Source: Stegostoma tigrinum (lineage: Eukaryota). Taken from it: a stretch of DNA of 64,000 bases. The stretch covers positions 28,869,989 to 28,933,988 of the forward strand of contig NC_081373.1 of the NCBI RefSeq assembly GCF_030684315.1. The letters are read 5' to 3'. The notes below the pieces were generated by a model. It made no database searches, had not been told where the DNA came from, and saw only the letters and a list, made by a program, of their open reading frames with translations. This document shows, in pieces, positions 26,600 to 39,850 of this stretch; position 1 is the first letter of the stretch, and each line of letters opens with the position of its first letter. The position numbers were made by a program, and so were the translations under genes.

Positions 26600-26896
26600 C
26601 ATAGAATCCCTACAGTGCGGAACAGGCCATTTGGCCCAACAAGTCCACACTGAGTCTCTGAAGAGCATCCCACATCTAGTATTTTCCATGTCTAACCCAA
26701 ACACCCATGGGCACTATAGCGTGGCCAATTCACCTAGGCTGCACATCTTTGGACTGTGGGAGGAAACTGGAGGACCTGGGGGAAACCCACACGGGGAGAA
26801 CGTGCAAACTCCACATCGTCACCTGAGGCTGGAATCAAACCCAGTTCCCTGGTGCTGTGAGGCAGCAGTGCCAACCACTGAGCCATCAGGCTGCCC
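26600..26896 (-). mobile_element. HE1-type SINE
   Basis: Homologous to 5388-5696. Confidence 0.9.
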
Positions 26897-29800
26897 TAAT
26901 TCAGCTAAACTCCTTGTGACAATTTAACTTTATTATATTAAGATTGTCTCTTTTTTTCCTGTTGATTTATTTCCCAGATTTTGAATTTCAAATATGGATG
27001 AATGACAATCATTGTAGAAGAAGATCATATCTTCATAGAAGTGAGAGTACATGAATAAGGCATAGTTCAGATGACTGAACTGGCAGATTTTATTTAGTGT
27101 TCATTTAAGATGCAGATGATGCCAGCTCCTGGGCATCCTAGCCAATTGCATTTGTCACATTAATGAGCCTACAATATATGCAAAATAAATAATGCACACA
27201 ATGTTGTGTAGAATATTCTTTCTGAGAATTACATAAACCAGGCTAGAAAAAAGCAACTTTGCCAAACAGGAATGAAAGTCTAGTGACAAAAATTTATACA
27301 AGCAAGGATCTATATTTGGGACTGGAATTGGACACTTTCACTTTACTCACATCCTCTAAAATATGGAAGGACATTACACAACACTTGATACCAATTCATG
27401 CACGAAACAAATTGACAATGACATTCAGAAGTGGTGAAATTACCTTAAGTGGAGAATCAATTGGCTTGTGTTAAGTGTGGGCTGGCACGAACTGGAGGTA
27501 CTTACACGCACCCACCTATGATATGCCAGAAGAGAAGGGTCTGTGCTTCCCCTAGAGAAAATGGAAGTTATCAGTTGTCCGTTAGTCGCAGGGCAACATA
27601 CACAACCTCAAAAAATGTTTGCCTTGTAAGCAACACCCACATCCTATGAACAAAAATTTTAAAAATGCACTGAGCATACAGGCTTCTTCATCTGTGCCAA
27701 CATGATGTATTAAACCAAGTTGGGCACAAAAGGCTATGATCCTCCCACAACCAATGACACAGGCTTTAAATTACATTGGTATGTGGATGACAATTATTTC
27801 CAATGATCCATTTTACACAATTGTGTCCAGCATAGGTTTACCTTAGCTATAACAGCGATTGTGTAATGTTTATATTCATGTAAACCTTCACAAGAAGATA
27901 AATGATCAAGCAGAACAGATGGAATTTAAGATGTAACATGTTTGGTATCTTGAGAAAAATGATAATCCTTTAAGGCATCCTGGCTCATCGTTGCATCTGA
28001 AGCAAAGCCACTGTGATATGCACTCTGGCAGGAATATCATCGTAAAAAATGTACCATAGACTGAGTAAAGGAACAGTACTTCAATTAGTTACCTGAGGTT
28101 TTTTCTGTGCTTCAAGTTTATTTTCTCTCTCAAAGGTGGTATCAAACCACACAGCAAAACCTAGAGGGAACTTGTTAAGGATTTTAGCCTATGTCAAGAT
28201 ATTGTTTGAAAGACTGGTGGTTAGATATCTCTTTTGTGAAACCAATGGGCACAAACAAAATATGAATGTTGCACAGTTTCAAATTTGATCTGATAGGTTG
28301 CACTGTTAAAGGTATTTTGCAGGCATATTGACTGGTGGATTGATTGGTGGATTGGGTGGTACAATTGTGGGATAAACATAGACTTTTGATTCCAAAGTAG
28401 CATCTAACAAATTGGGCCCAGTTGATGATAATGTACCTACAATGTTCAACGATCCAACCCCTGAACATAACTAGAGATTATGTGACATTGATGGCTGTGA
28501 TGTTGCATACATCGGGGGCTTATATATAACCACCTTTTTCCGACTTGAAGACCAAAGTGCTCTACCATTTTAAAGTCCATTTGGTGTGAAAATATGGTTC
28601 ATCTTCAATGGTTATTGGCTAATTTACCCTTTTCCTTCTACCACAGCAGTACAGCTTAGACAATATTGCTTCACACGGAGGAAAAGAAATAAAAACGAAC
28701 ATACAGGCATGATTTATGATTCAACTAGGAAACTGCTGGGGCCAAGCTGTTAATACACAGGTGTCCATCAGCTATTCTTCATTGACCTTTAGTGTACTTT
28801 TGGACACTATGCAGTTTTACTCATATAATTGGAAGGAAACTCAAACAACATTCCAACAGTAGTAATCAAAAAATCTGAATAGAGTCTGAACTCAGTTATT
28901 TATTTCAGTTATTTCAGTTGATGAGAGTTTAACAAAATCTAGTTATATTTTTTAGACAAATTAAAATATTTCAAAATACTTGTGGATTAATATTCATAGT
29001 TCTACTGATGCTGCTTTGTCAACAACTATTCAGTGAACAGGCCTTAATACAGTCAATGCTAATTGTCATTCTCTATGAGGAATTACCTCCCAACAGAAAT
29101 ATGTGTAAATAATAGAAGGTAGATATATGATGGGAACCAGACTGTTTCATGCAACAATATTCCAAGTAGCATTCTTAAAGCTAGGAAACAGCCATAAAAT
29201 TAAGCCTCTGCAGCACTGGTATTTAAAACCCTCAAAATCCAATATCCCATGCTCAATGTTTTATTGTCAAAATGTACTAGTACCATAGTTGGCTATCAAA
29301 AATATTCATTTAGAGTCTCCCACTCAAACTATCACAAAGACTTAGGCTACTGCTGCAGGGCCATCATCTTTTTAGGATAGGCTATTTTTGTAAAGAAGGA
29401 AAATAATTGATGACTGACCTTTTAGGAATATTCGTCTGAAATCTAAATGTCTTTTTATTCAAAGTGTGAACAATTTCCATAATTTCTTTTCTTAGTCACC
29501 TTATTCCAGCAGCAACAAAGATGGCAGTGGCAAGAAATCTTAAATATTTTTTAATAGAAACATGGTGTTGCAGGTAATGATGAATCGAGGGCATACATTA
29601 AAAAGAAATGACCTGGTTATTGGCTTGTAATAGCATTTAATGCCAGCTGAATTGGTTTCGGTCATCAGACTTTATTCAGCTGCTGAAAATCATTTCAACT
29701 TAGGAATGAGTGCTTTCAGTAATGCATACAAATGTGGGAGTGAAAATGTCAACCTTGTGCAATAAGTTTTCCAGAAGTAGCTGTTTCTGTCATTAAAATA

Positions 29801-32800
29801 TAGAACCAAAAGTACAGAAACGAATATAAGAATATTGCTATAATCATTGGCTTTGCAAAAAATATTTGAAATTTGTTGTATGAGTTTAGAGTCAATGCAA
29901 TTTATTCTTAGAGTAATAATGAATTATTTCTAAGGAAGTGCTTAAAAGTCAATATTACCATAAAATGTCTACTCTTTACTTGTGAGGTCCTTATCTGTAA
30001 GAACACATTGAGCAAAGTTGCAGGTGTCCCAAATTTTAGTTAAGCTTTTTTTTCTCACAGCTAAGAACAAACCAACCCTATTTTCCTTCTATGCATTAAA
30101 ATAAATATTTATTTGCATATCCTGGTTATTTCCTGATACAAGATGAAATTACAATAACCTGAACTATTACAAAATCTTTCAATTTATTTACTTCCTACGT
30201 ATAAGTAAGGAATCTGAATTTAGCAAAACACATAAGTACAAACTGCATCAAATGAAAAAGGACATTTTGGTCATTGTGCCTATACGTTTCACATAGAAAC
30301 ACTCTAGAGGGCAATCACTGCATGAAAGTTAGGTGCACTTTGCAGGAAACTGAGAAGCAGAAAATGTTTACTAAAATAGATGCCAATTTCAAAAGAATCT
30401 GCTAAGGTAATCATAAATGTTGAAGAAAAACAAAATTGGAAGATTACTATTTCTTCTAATTGTTACAGACTACTTTTGACATACGATTTTATGTTATTAA
30501 ATGCACAGAAAGTTTTACATTCCTAAACGTATGCTCTTTTATTTTTCACCATCATGTTAATTCCACGAAATTATTATTGTGGAAATTTTTGAAAGGAATG
30601 TTCCAAAATTTTCCAATAATGGTGCAACTCCCTAACATTGCTGTCTTACCAAGTTGTCACTGGGATCCTTCTTCTCTTGAGATAAGGATAATGCATTTCC
30701 AGTGAAAACTCAGTTTTAGTTCTACAGAATAGGTTTGAATACACTATGTGAGAGATTCTTAGTATTTGGCATATCTTGCTAAGAAAACTTTCATCATACT
30801 AATAATTTCCATAGCCTCTGATTTAAATTGTAATGTTAAGCAAACTGGTCTAAGTAGAATAATTGATTCTCGGTCACAGGCTGTGTCGTTGTAGAAGCAT
30901 GTTGTTAGCAGACAGTTACCAACCCACCATATTCGTTGTGTTTAATTTTTAGACTTCTAATACTTAGCTAACTGTAGTTTCCAGTAATGCAAATGAATAT
31001 GGCAAGCTTGGGCAATAATTCTTTTGAGTAATAGTTGTGTGTGCAAATTATGTGCAACGTTGTGAATATTACACAATGCGCATAAAAAATATACAATAAA
31101 AGTATATTGTTGGTTGAAAATTTCCTTTTTTTATAAAATGAGTATTAATTGATGTCACTTGATGTGAAACTTATATATGAAGGGGTTTAGAATGCAGTTT
31201 ATCATTTACGTTTATAGTGCGTCATGAACAGCAACCTAGGATGGCATCATTCCTGCTTTGAATTAGTTGTAATTTCTGTAAAAGCAATAATAAATTAAAT
31301 TTGTTCTTTCAACAACTACCTTTTATTCCAATTATATTTGTAGGACCTTTTTGAATGAAACTGTGTTCTGACCTAGGGAGTGTGCGATAACTGAAAGCGC
31401 TTGCTAAGTGTCACATAGGATGTAAATCAGTATTAGTAGAACAGACAGTTGACAATTTCACAACAAACCCAGCTGCACATAAGAGGTTTTGAATTGAATA
31501 GGAACCAAAAACCTCCTTAAATGTAGTGTGTTATGGTTTTTGGTTTTCATTTTTTTGTGGTTTTCCAGCAGGTATTGGTATATGGTGCAGTTCAAACTTC
31601 AGAACATGCTAATATGTTCAACATTAGTGGTAGGGGATGAAAATGCAGGTTCAGCCAAGGGAAAATAATTACAGCAATAATAAGTGTAATTCATAGTAAT
31701 GGCTCAGTTGAATTTCACACCATAGCTCAAAGCACTTACATTTAATTAATGTAGTTTTCGCTGGTCTACTAAAAAGGTTTTTAGCAGAAAATTGATAATG
31801 TAACTACAGCGTTTCTTATTGTGAATGCAATTATTTCTGTAAAAGCAGTAATAAAACAAGAATATTATGGGGCTGCATGTGCATATATCTGCGAGAGGCT
31901 GTTTGTGATGCTCTGTGGGTCTGCAGAATGTTTATGCATGCATGTTTCCCAGACGGTTTAATTAAGCCTGAACTTGACTGAATTTTGTAAAATATACAAA
32001 TGATTCAACATCAATTAGAATAAACCTCCTAGCTCCTAAGCAGAATAATAATTCATTTACATCTGCAGGCTCCCATTAGATGACATCATGCATATGCAAA
32101 AGAGGTCAAAATGGAGCAAAACAGGTAATAAAATGAAAGTCTGATTATGTTATCAATTTAAAAATCAATTACAATGCACAGCCCTATTCATCTCATTAGT
32201 GCATAGTTGTTGTACCTGTGGATTTCGGTGTCTTGTCCAGGTCGCCAGTGAAGATCATTTTCTCTTCTCAGGGTCAGCCATAACATCCAAAACAATTGTG
32301 GCAAGACTTCCTCTGGGTGGTTTCTATGGAGAAATGTTGAACATTTAACAACAAAAGGTTTACAATTTTGCTACTTTGATTGAGCAGTATTTTTGTGCAT
32401 TTCTTTACAAGTTTACACAGATAATCCCATTGGAAGGTACCAATTTCACATTGGGCATCCATTGCTGTTTACAAAAAAGCTGCAGAGGCATAAGGTTGGC
32501 TCATTCTTATGTGAGAATTGACTAATGTGGATCTGGTGTGTTCAGAACAGTGATCCCATTATCAGCTGGAGATTAGGAGGGGAAATAAATTTCAGGAAAG
32601 TCATTTAATGTAATGCTGTGCAGAAGTTGCATTATTTTCTTTTCATCTCGGCTACAAAATGGAATCTGACTTTTTTGTTTGGAGTCATACTCAACAAATT
32701 TTCCAGGCTTTTTTTCTCTGAATTTTGCTGAAAGGATATGTGCATAAAGTAGAGGGTTGGACCTACTCTGTATTGATAAATCTTCTGTGATTCTGTCCTT

Positions 32801-33040
32801 GTTATATCTTTGCACGTTTGCGTAGCTATATAAATCCTACTGAACTCTTTATTTCTCTACCTCCGTTTTTCCATGTAGACTTCTTGCTGTTGCTATTGCT
32901 GAAGTTAAATAAAACCTTTTAGCTGCCTTTTTCTTTGGCCTTTCTGAATCATTAAAGGTCCTTCAACAGATATATTTGAACAGGGTTGCAGTTGCCTCTC
33001 CTTCCTCTTTTCCAGGAGGAATGATAATTTTTTCTAAGAC

Positions 33041-33366
33041 CTAGAGCTAATGTCTATAAATGAGTGCTGATCCACACAGGGATACGTGCATTTATCAGAC
33101 CGGCAGCTTTGGTCACTCTAGATAACCTCGGGGAGATTGCAAGTCCTCGTGACGGTGATGACTCATTTGAATGTCTACTCTATCAAATTTTGATGGTAAT
33201 TTCTGTGCCTATCATGGTGACTACAGGTAACGGGGAATCAGGGTTCAATTCCAGAGAGGGAGCCTGAGAAATGGCTACCACATCCAAGGAAGGCAGCAGG
33301 CACGCAAATTGCCCACTCCCGACTTGGGGAGGTAGTGACGAAAAATAACTAAACAGGACTCTTTCG
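33041..33366 (+). pseudogene. 18S rRNA fragment (5' domain), decayed
   Basis: ctagagctaat, gtgcatttatcaga, ctctagataacctcggg, cggggaatcagggttc, gagggagcctgagaaatggctaccacatccaaggaaggcagcagg and ggaggtagtgacgaaaaataac...caggactctttcg are collinear with vertebrate 18S rRNA. Many CpG transitions and one internal deletion. Confidence 0.95.
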
Positions 33367-33369
33367 CAG

Positions 33370-35171
33370 ATGCACCTGCATTCCGCATGGAGATGGCCTC
33401 AAAGCCCTCCGCTTCTTCCTATCCCGCAGGCCCGACCAGTCCCCCCTCCACCGACACTCTCATCCGCCTAGCTGAACTCGTCCTCACACTCAACAACTTC
33501 TCTTTTGACTCCTCCCACTTCCTACAGACTAAGGGGGTGGCCATGGACACCCGCATGAGCCCCAGCTATGCCTGCCTCTTTGTAGGTTACGTGGAACAGT
33601 CCCTCTTCCGCACCTACACAGGCCCCAAACCCCACCTCTTCCTCCGGTACATTGACGACTGTATCGGCGCCGCCTCTTGCTCCCCAGAGGAGCTCGAACA
33701 GTTCATCCACTTCACCAACACCTTCCACCCCAACCTTCAGTTCACCTGGGCCATCTCCAGCACATCCCTCACCTTCCTGGACCTCTCAGTCTCCATCTCA
33801 GGCAACCAGCTTGTAACTGATGTCCATTTCAAGCCCACCGACTCCCACAGCTACCGAGAATACACCCAAATTCCATCCCCTATTCCCAATTCCTCCGCCT
33901 CCGCCGCATCTGCTCCCACGATAAGACATTCCACTCCCACACATCCCAGATGTCCAAGTTCTTTAAGGACCGCAACTTTCCCCCCACAGTGATCGAGAAT
34001 GCTCTTGACCGCGTCTCCCGTATTTCCCGCAACACATCCCTCACACCCCGCCCCCGCCACAACCGCCCCAAGAGGATCCCCCTCGTTCTCACACACCACC
34101 CTACCAACCTCCGGATACAACGCATTATCCTCCGACACTTCCGCCATTTACAATCCGACCCCACCACCCAAGACATTTTTCCATCCCCTCCCCTGTCAGC
34201 TTTCCGGAGAGACCACTCTCTCCATGACTCCCTTGTTCGCTCCACACTGCCCTCCAACCCCACCACACCCGGCACCTTCCCCTGCAACCGCAGGAAATGC
34301 TACACCTGTCCCCACACCTCCTCCCTCACCCCCATCCCAGGCCCCAAGATGACATTCCACATTAAGCAGAGGTTCACCTGCACATCTGCCAATGTGGTAT
34401 ACTGCATCCACTGTACCCGGTGCGGCTTCCTCTACATTGGGGAAACCAAGCGGAGGCTTGGAGACCGCTTTGCAGAACACCTCCGCTCAGTTCGCAACAA
34501 ACAACTGCACCTCCCAGTCGCAAACCATTTCCATTCCCCCTCCCATTCTCTAGATGACATGTCCATCATGGGCCTCCTGCAGTGCCACAATGATGCCACC
34601 CGAAGGTTGCAGGAACAGCAACTCATATTCCGCCTGGGAACCCTGCAGCCATATGGTATCAATGTGGACTTCACCAGTTTCAAAATCTCCCCTTCCCCTA
34701 CTGCATCCCTAAACCAGCCCAGTTCGTCCCCTCCCCCCACTGCACCACACAACCAGCCTAGCTCTTCCCCCCCACCCACTGCACCCCAAAACCAGTCCAA
34801 CCTGTCTCTGCCTCTCTAACCGGCTCTTCCTCTCACCCATCCCTTCCTCCCACCCCAAGCCGCACCCCCAACTACCTACTAACCTCATCCCACCTCCTTG
34901 ACCTGTCCGTCTTCCCTGGACTGACCTATCCCCTCCCTACCTCCCCGCCTACACTCTCTCCACCTATCTTCTTTACTCTCCATCTTCAGTCCGCCTCCCC
35001 CTCTCTCCCTATTTATTCCAGTTCCCTCTCCCCATCCCCCTCTCTGATGAAGGGTCTAGGCCCGAAACGTCAGCTTTTGTGCTCCTGAGATGCTGCTTGG
35101 CCTGCTGTGTTCATCCAGCCTCACATTTTATTATCTTGGAATTCTCCAGCATCTGCAGTTCCCATTATCTC
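33370..35171 (+). mobile_element. Neptune-like PLE, family A, 5'-truncated, with tailed 3' end
   Basis: RT motifs GVAM..RMSPSYA and LRYIDD (ORF 33387). Cys-rich linker PCNRRKCYTC and GIY-YIG NVVYCIHC..C..LYIGETKRRL..RF.EH (ORF 33950-34819). Pyrimidine-rich UTR, hammerhead, terminus cccattatctc. Confidence 0.95.
35042..35073 (+). ncRNA. Minimal type I hammerhead ribozyme motif
   Basis: ct-CTGATGA-a-gggtctaggccc-GAAAC-GTC-ag. Intact core with a GUC cleavage triplet at 35069-35071. Confidence 0.85.
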
Positions 35172-35189
35172 CAATCCCCTAACCATGCC

Positions 35190-35935
35190 AGTTCTTGCCC
35201 CTAATACTTTGGGCTCTTACCTTATTTAGCAGCCTCCTGTGTGGCACCTTTTGAAAGGCCTTGTGGAAATCCAAATAGATCTCATCCACTGACACTCCTT
35301 TGTTTGACTTGCTTGCTATCTCTTCAAAAAAATTCTAACAGATTTCTCGGGCATGAGCTCCCTTGGCAAAGCTGTTCTGCAATGTCATCCTTAATAAAGG
35401 AGTCTAAATTCTTACCAGTGACTGAGGTCAGGCTATAATTTATGTGCTCTGTCCCCATGCCTTCATAAACAGAGGTATCAGATTAGCTCTTTTTCAGTCC
35501 TCTGGCACCCTCCTGAATCCAGTGATGCCTAAAAGAGCACCATCGGTGCCTCTACAATCTCCTCAGCTACCTCTTTCAGAACTCTGGGGTGTAGACCATC
35601 CCATCCAAGGGATTTATCCACCTTCAGACCTTCCAGATTGCCAAGCACCTTTTCTGCTACACTCAACCTGTCCCCTGGCTCTCTTGAAGTTCTAGTATGT
35701 TGCTGGTGTCTTCCACTATGAAAACTGATGCAAAGTATCTATGCAGTTCCTCTGTCATTTCTTTGTTTCCTTTGCTACTTCTTCAGACTCATTTTCCTGT
35801 GTGCAATGTCCACATTTGCCTCTCTCTGACCTTTAAGACATCTAAAGAAAAACTTGCAAATTTTTAAATATTATAGCTAGTTATTCTCATATTTCATCTT
35901 CTTCCCCCCCCATTGCATTTTTTGGTTATCTTCAA
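35190..35935 (-). mobile_element. Old CR1 ORF2 internal fragment
   Basis: Reverse complement gives decayed YLDFHKAF.KVPHRRL, YSLTSVTGK.L and PEDW motifs. Confidence 0.8.
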
Positions 35936-38169
35936 AACTGATCTTCACCACATTGACACAAAGGCCCACACAACTTATACTGTTAGACCATACTCTACAT
36001 GCTTAACATCTCTTTTGATTACTGGTGATAATTACAATAAGCAGCTAGGGCTTAAAAAAATTGATCTTCACATTTTTGTTAGAAACAGAACATGTTGGAA
36101 AGCTTTTCCTAGTTTGCTTTGTTGGGTTGATGTTTTAAAAAATGTGTCTTTAACTCGTGTCTTGGGATATTAAACAGGTTAAAGTCTCATTAAAAAAAAG
36201 CAGAGAAAGGAATTTCAGTGAAGTGCCTTAAGCTCATGTCCCATGATGTAATATCAAAGCCCAACTGTTGTGCTTCCTCTCGAAATGATGCAAAGCCACG
36301 TCTTGTCAGTTTTGTTATGTGTTCGGCAGCACACCAAAGGTACACTTGGACAGTTGGGAATTGCTACTTGCATTGTGAAAATAACTATATTAGTTGCTGA
36401 CAGTTTCAATTTAGCAAAATACTAACTACTCCTAACAATGGGTTGAGCTCCAAATTACATGGCTGGAACATATGGGAAAAAAAAGAAATACAATCATTTC
36501 CAGGCTGGGATTAAAGCTTTGTGTTTCAGTAATCATTATAACTGACCCTGGAACACCTATCTTTTCCAAACTGAAACAACAAACAATCTGTTCACCAACA
36601 TTAACAATTCTCTTCATAATTAACGCACCATAAAAATCTATGCCCAGATGGTTCAAATAATGAGTGAATTTTGTATTTCTTTATAATCTCTATTGAAACC
36701 CAGTGACAGAGTTTAATACACGTACATTATCTTCAGTTGGGTACAGTGTGGTCTGTCACTCTGTAATAATCACTAGCTCTTTTTCGGCCATTGATTACCC
36801 ATAATTAGGCTTTTTTTCCGCTGCTATTATTCCAACTGGCCATATAGAAAGGTGTGTGATGAACAAGACTGCTTTTATGGTCAGATTGCTACCACACTCA
36901 ATACAGCTCAATTTTCAGGCTATCAGCCCTAGCCTTTTGAAGTCTGAGTTAGCGCAACTCTTTTTAAAAGATCTGCTGCGTTTAAAGGCTTGAAATTGAT
37001 CACGAGGTCCAAAGAGACCTTTTAAACATGTAGTGTAGTGCTTTCCCTTGAGAAATAAATAGTATCAGTAAAAGATATGAGTGGTTAGACGTTGCATTAG
37101 GTGTTAATTTAACTCTGACTGTAAAATATCTCCATTTAATTAATAAACATAAGAGATGTGATATACAAAATTGGAACATGATTTATGGTTCTGAATTTAA
37201 TTTACCTAAATTATGAAATATCATGGAATAACTAAATTATTTGCTTAAAATGTTACAATTTAGTTTATCCTCCCTAATAGGCAAATATTTATAGAAGTAC
37301 CATACTGCGTAATTTTATCTTATTTATAAAAGCAACCTATTAACAAATAGCATGTTAACTAAAACAAATTGCAGTATGTCAGTGTCTTCACAGTTGACAA
37401 CATAAAACATGTGAAATTACAATACATTTCTGTATTAAACAGTTATCGTCAATGATCTATTTATAGTTTGATATCTGACATCTCTTAAAGGCATTGATAA
37501 CATATTACTACTGAGCTTTCAGCACATTGTTAAACAAAAATACATTAGGTTTTGTAGCTTCAACTATTGATTGATGATTCTATCTACACCTTTGATTTAG
37601 TGCTGTGTAATCCTCCAGCACGTTTCAGTGGTTGTGTTGTATTAGAATACTTGGCAGCATTTGTGGATGTTCGGATGCCAGAATAAGGATCAGACTTGTA
37701 ATGTGATTTGGCCTATTCAAGATCGCTAGTATGATTTCATAACACCCAAAGACTAAAGGACAACATACAATCTACACTTCTGAAGGCTAGCACTCCAAAA
37801 TTAGCTACACCCATCGTCAAACTGTTCCAGTGTAATTACAGTGCTGGCATTTACCCAACAATGTAGTAAATTGTCTGAGAAAGTCCAGTTCACAAAAAAA
37901 AGAACAAATCCAATCTGGCCAATTATGGACCCACCAACATACTCTCAATCACAGTACAATGATGGAAAGTGTTGTCAGTCCCATTATCAAGTGGCTGTTG
38001 CAAGTCAATGATCTCTTCACCAATGACTAATTTGGGGTCTGCCAGAGTCTCCCAGCAGCATGTGCAGCCTTGGCTAAAATGTGGTCAAATTATCTGCACA
38101 CGAGGCATGAAGTGAGAGTGACTACCTTTGAGGTTAGGCAGTATTTGACTGAGCATCGCATCAAGGAAG

Positions 38170-39850
38170 GGGGAGCGTGAGGTTGGGTGTAGGTGAAGAA
38201 ACAGAATAATAAATGTGGAGACAGTGCTCAGAAAGAGAGAGAAAAACAGAGGATAGACAAACAAAGGGATTGCAGATGATAAGCCGAGAGAGATAATTGC
38301 AAGGAGGGTATTGACAAGAAGCATAAATGGATGTAAATAGGTGGGCTGTGCTGAAACCAACTCACGCAACAGGTTCTGGAGGGTTGGGTGAAGGTAATGC
38401 ACAAGGAAGAGAATGTTCATATTCTGAAATTGTTAAACTCAATGTCAAGTCCTAAAGGCTGTCAGATGCCTAGGCAGAATATTAAATGTTCCTCTAGCTT
38501 GTGTTAAGCTATTCTGGAGCAGGCCTGAGAAAGAAATATTGGCATGGCAATACGGTGGTGTGTTGAAGTGGCAGGTAATTGCAAGTTCATTGTAAGTTTT
38601 GCAGACTGAATGTAGATGTTTCAAAATAATCACCCAGTCTGTGTTTCAACTCTCTGATGTAAAGTAGACGACATTATGATCAGTGAATACAGTAGACTAG
38701 ATTGAGTGAAGCACAGGTAAATTGCTGCTTCACCTGGGAGGTGTGTCTTGGGCCTTGGATAGTGAGGAGGGAGGAGTTAGATGGGCAAGTTTTACACCTG
38801 TGATTGCATGGGAAAGTGCCTTCTGAGTATGGGTTGGTGTTGGGAGTAGAAGGGGAATGGAACAACGTGTTCCGAGGGGACAGCTTCTGAGGAATGCTGA
38901 CGAGGGAAGGAAAGGGAATATGTATCTGGAAGTGGTATCCGGCAGGCGGTGTCAAAAATGTCAGCTAATGATCCTTTGAATGTGGATGCTGGCGGCATGT
39001 AAGTGAGGACCAAGAGCAGGTGTGGGAGCAGAAATACTGGAAATGAGTTGGACATGGCTAAGAGGCAGGGATTCCTCAGTTAAGGAAAAAGATGGCCATT
39101 TCTGAGGCCTTCCCAAAGAGGGTGGTATCAAAGGAATTGTGCGACAGACACAGAAAAGGCGTGAGAATGGAATAGAAACAGAGGTATCGTGGAAGGGAAG
39201 GGAGAGTCAGAGAGGGACTAGGTGAAGTTGAGGCAGGGCAGGGGGTAACTGGAAGCAAAATCGATGCATTTTCCCAAATTTAGGCAGGAAAGGGAAGCAG
39301 CACTGATTATATCATCAATATACCAAAGAAAGAGTTGTACAGATGGATCGGGTACAAATGGAACAAGGAATGTTCCATGTAACTCACAAAGATACATAAC
39401 TGGGGCTCATATGGATACTCACAGCCACATGACCTGAAGAAAGTGACAGGAGTTAAAGAATAAGAGGAGAAAGATTTAAAAGGAACCCAAGAGGCAATGT
39501 TTTCACTCAGAAGATGGCTCATATGTGGAATGAATTACCAGAAGAGGTGGCAGATGCAGGTACAGTTACAACATTTAAAAGACATTTGGACAGGTACATA
39601 AATAGGAAAGGTTTAGCGGGATATAGGTCAAATGCAGGCAAGTGGGACTAGTTTTGTTTGGGAAACTTGGTCGGCATGGACAAGTTGGACCAAACGGTTT
39701 GTTTCTGTGCTATAATGACTCTGTGCCTCAATGAATTAAAGCCAACTCATTCTCAAACTTCTCGTTAAGATCCTCCTAGTAATTGTCTCACTCTCAGCTT
39801 ATAATTTGCAATCTCTTTGTTTATCTATCCCTTTTCTCTGTCTCCTTTTC
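38170..39850 (-). mobile_element. Old Neptune-like PLE with a short inverted arm (39771-39845)
   Basis: Minus-strand ORFs give GTFPCNHRCKTCP...FTCASLNLVYCIH and decayed RT. 38228-38307 is an inverted homolog of 39771-39845. Confidence 0.8.
39468..39724 (+). mobile_element. CR1 3' fragment nested in the old PLE
   Basis: ttttcactcagaag...tggaatgaattaccagaagaggtg...tttaaaagacatttggacagg, followed by a CR1 3' UTR. Confidence 0.85.

Noticed and set aside
33041-33366. Functional 18S rRNA gene or rDNA-specific R-element site
   Set aside because: Only about 330 bp, decayed, with an internal deletion and no other rDNA around it. The neighbour is a PLE and the 18S sequence does not resume.
33522-34800. 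Multiple overlapping antisense and alternative-frame ORFs (also 50125-52361)
   Set aside because: Shadows of the C-rich, stop-poor PLE coding strand, with no independent motifs.
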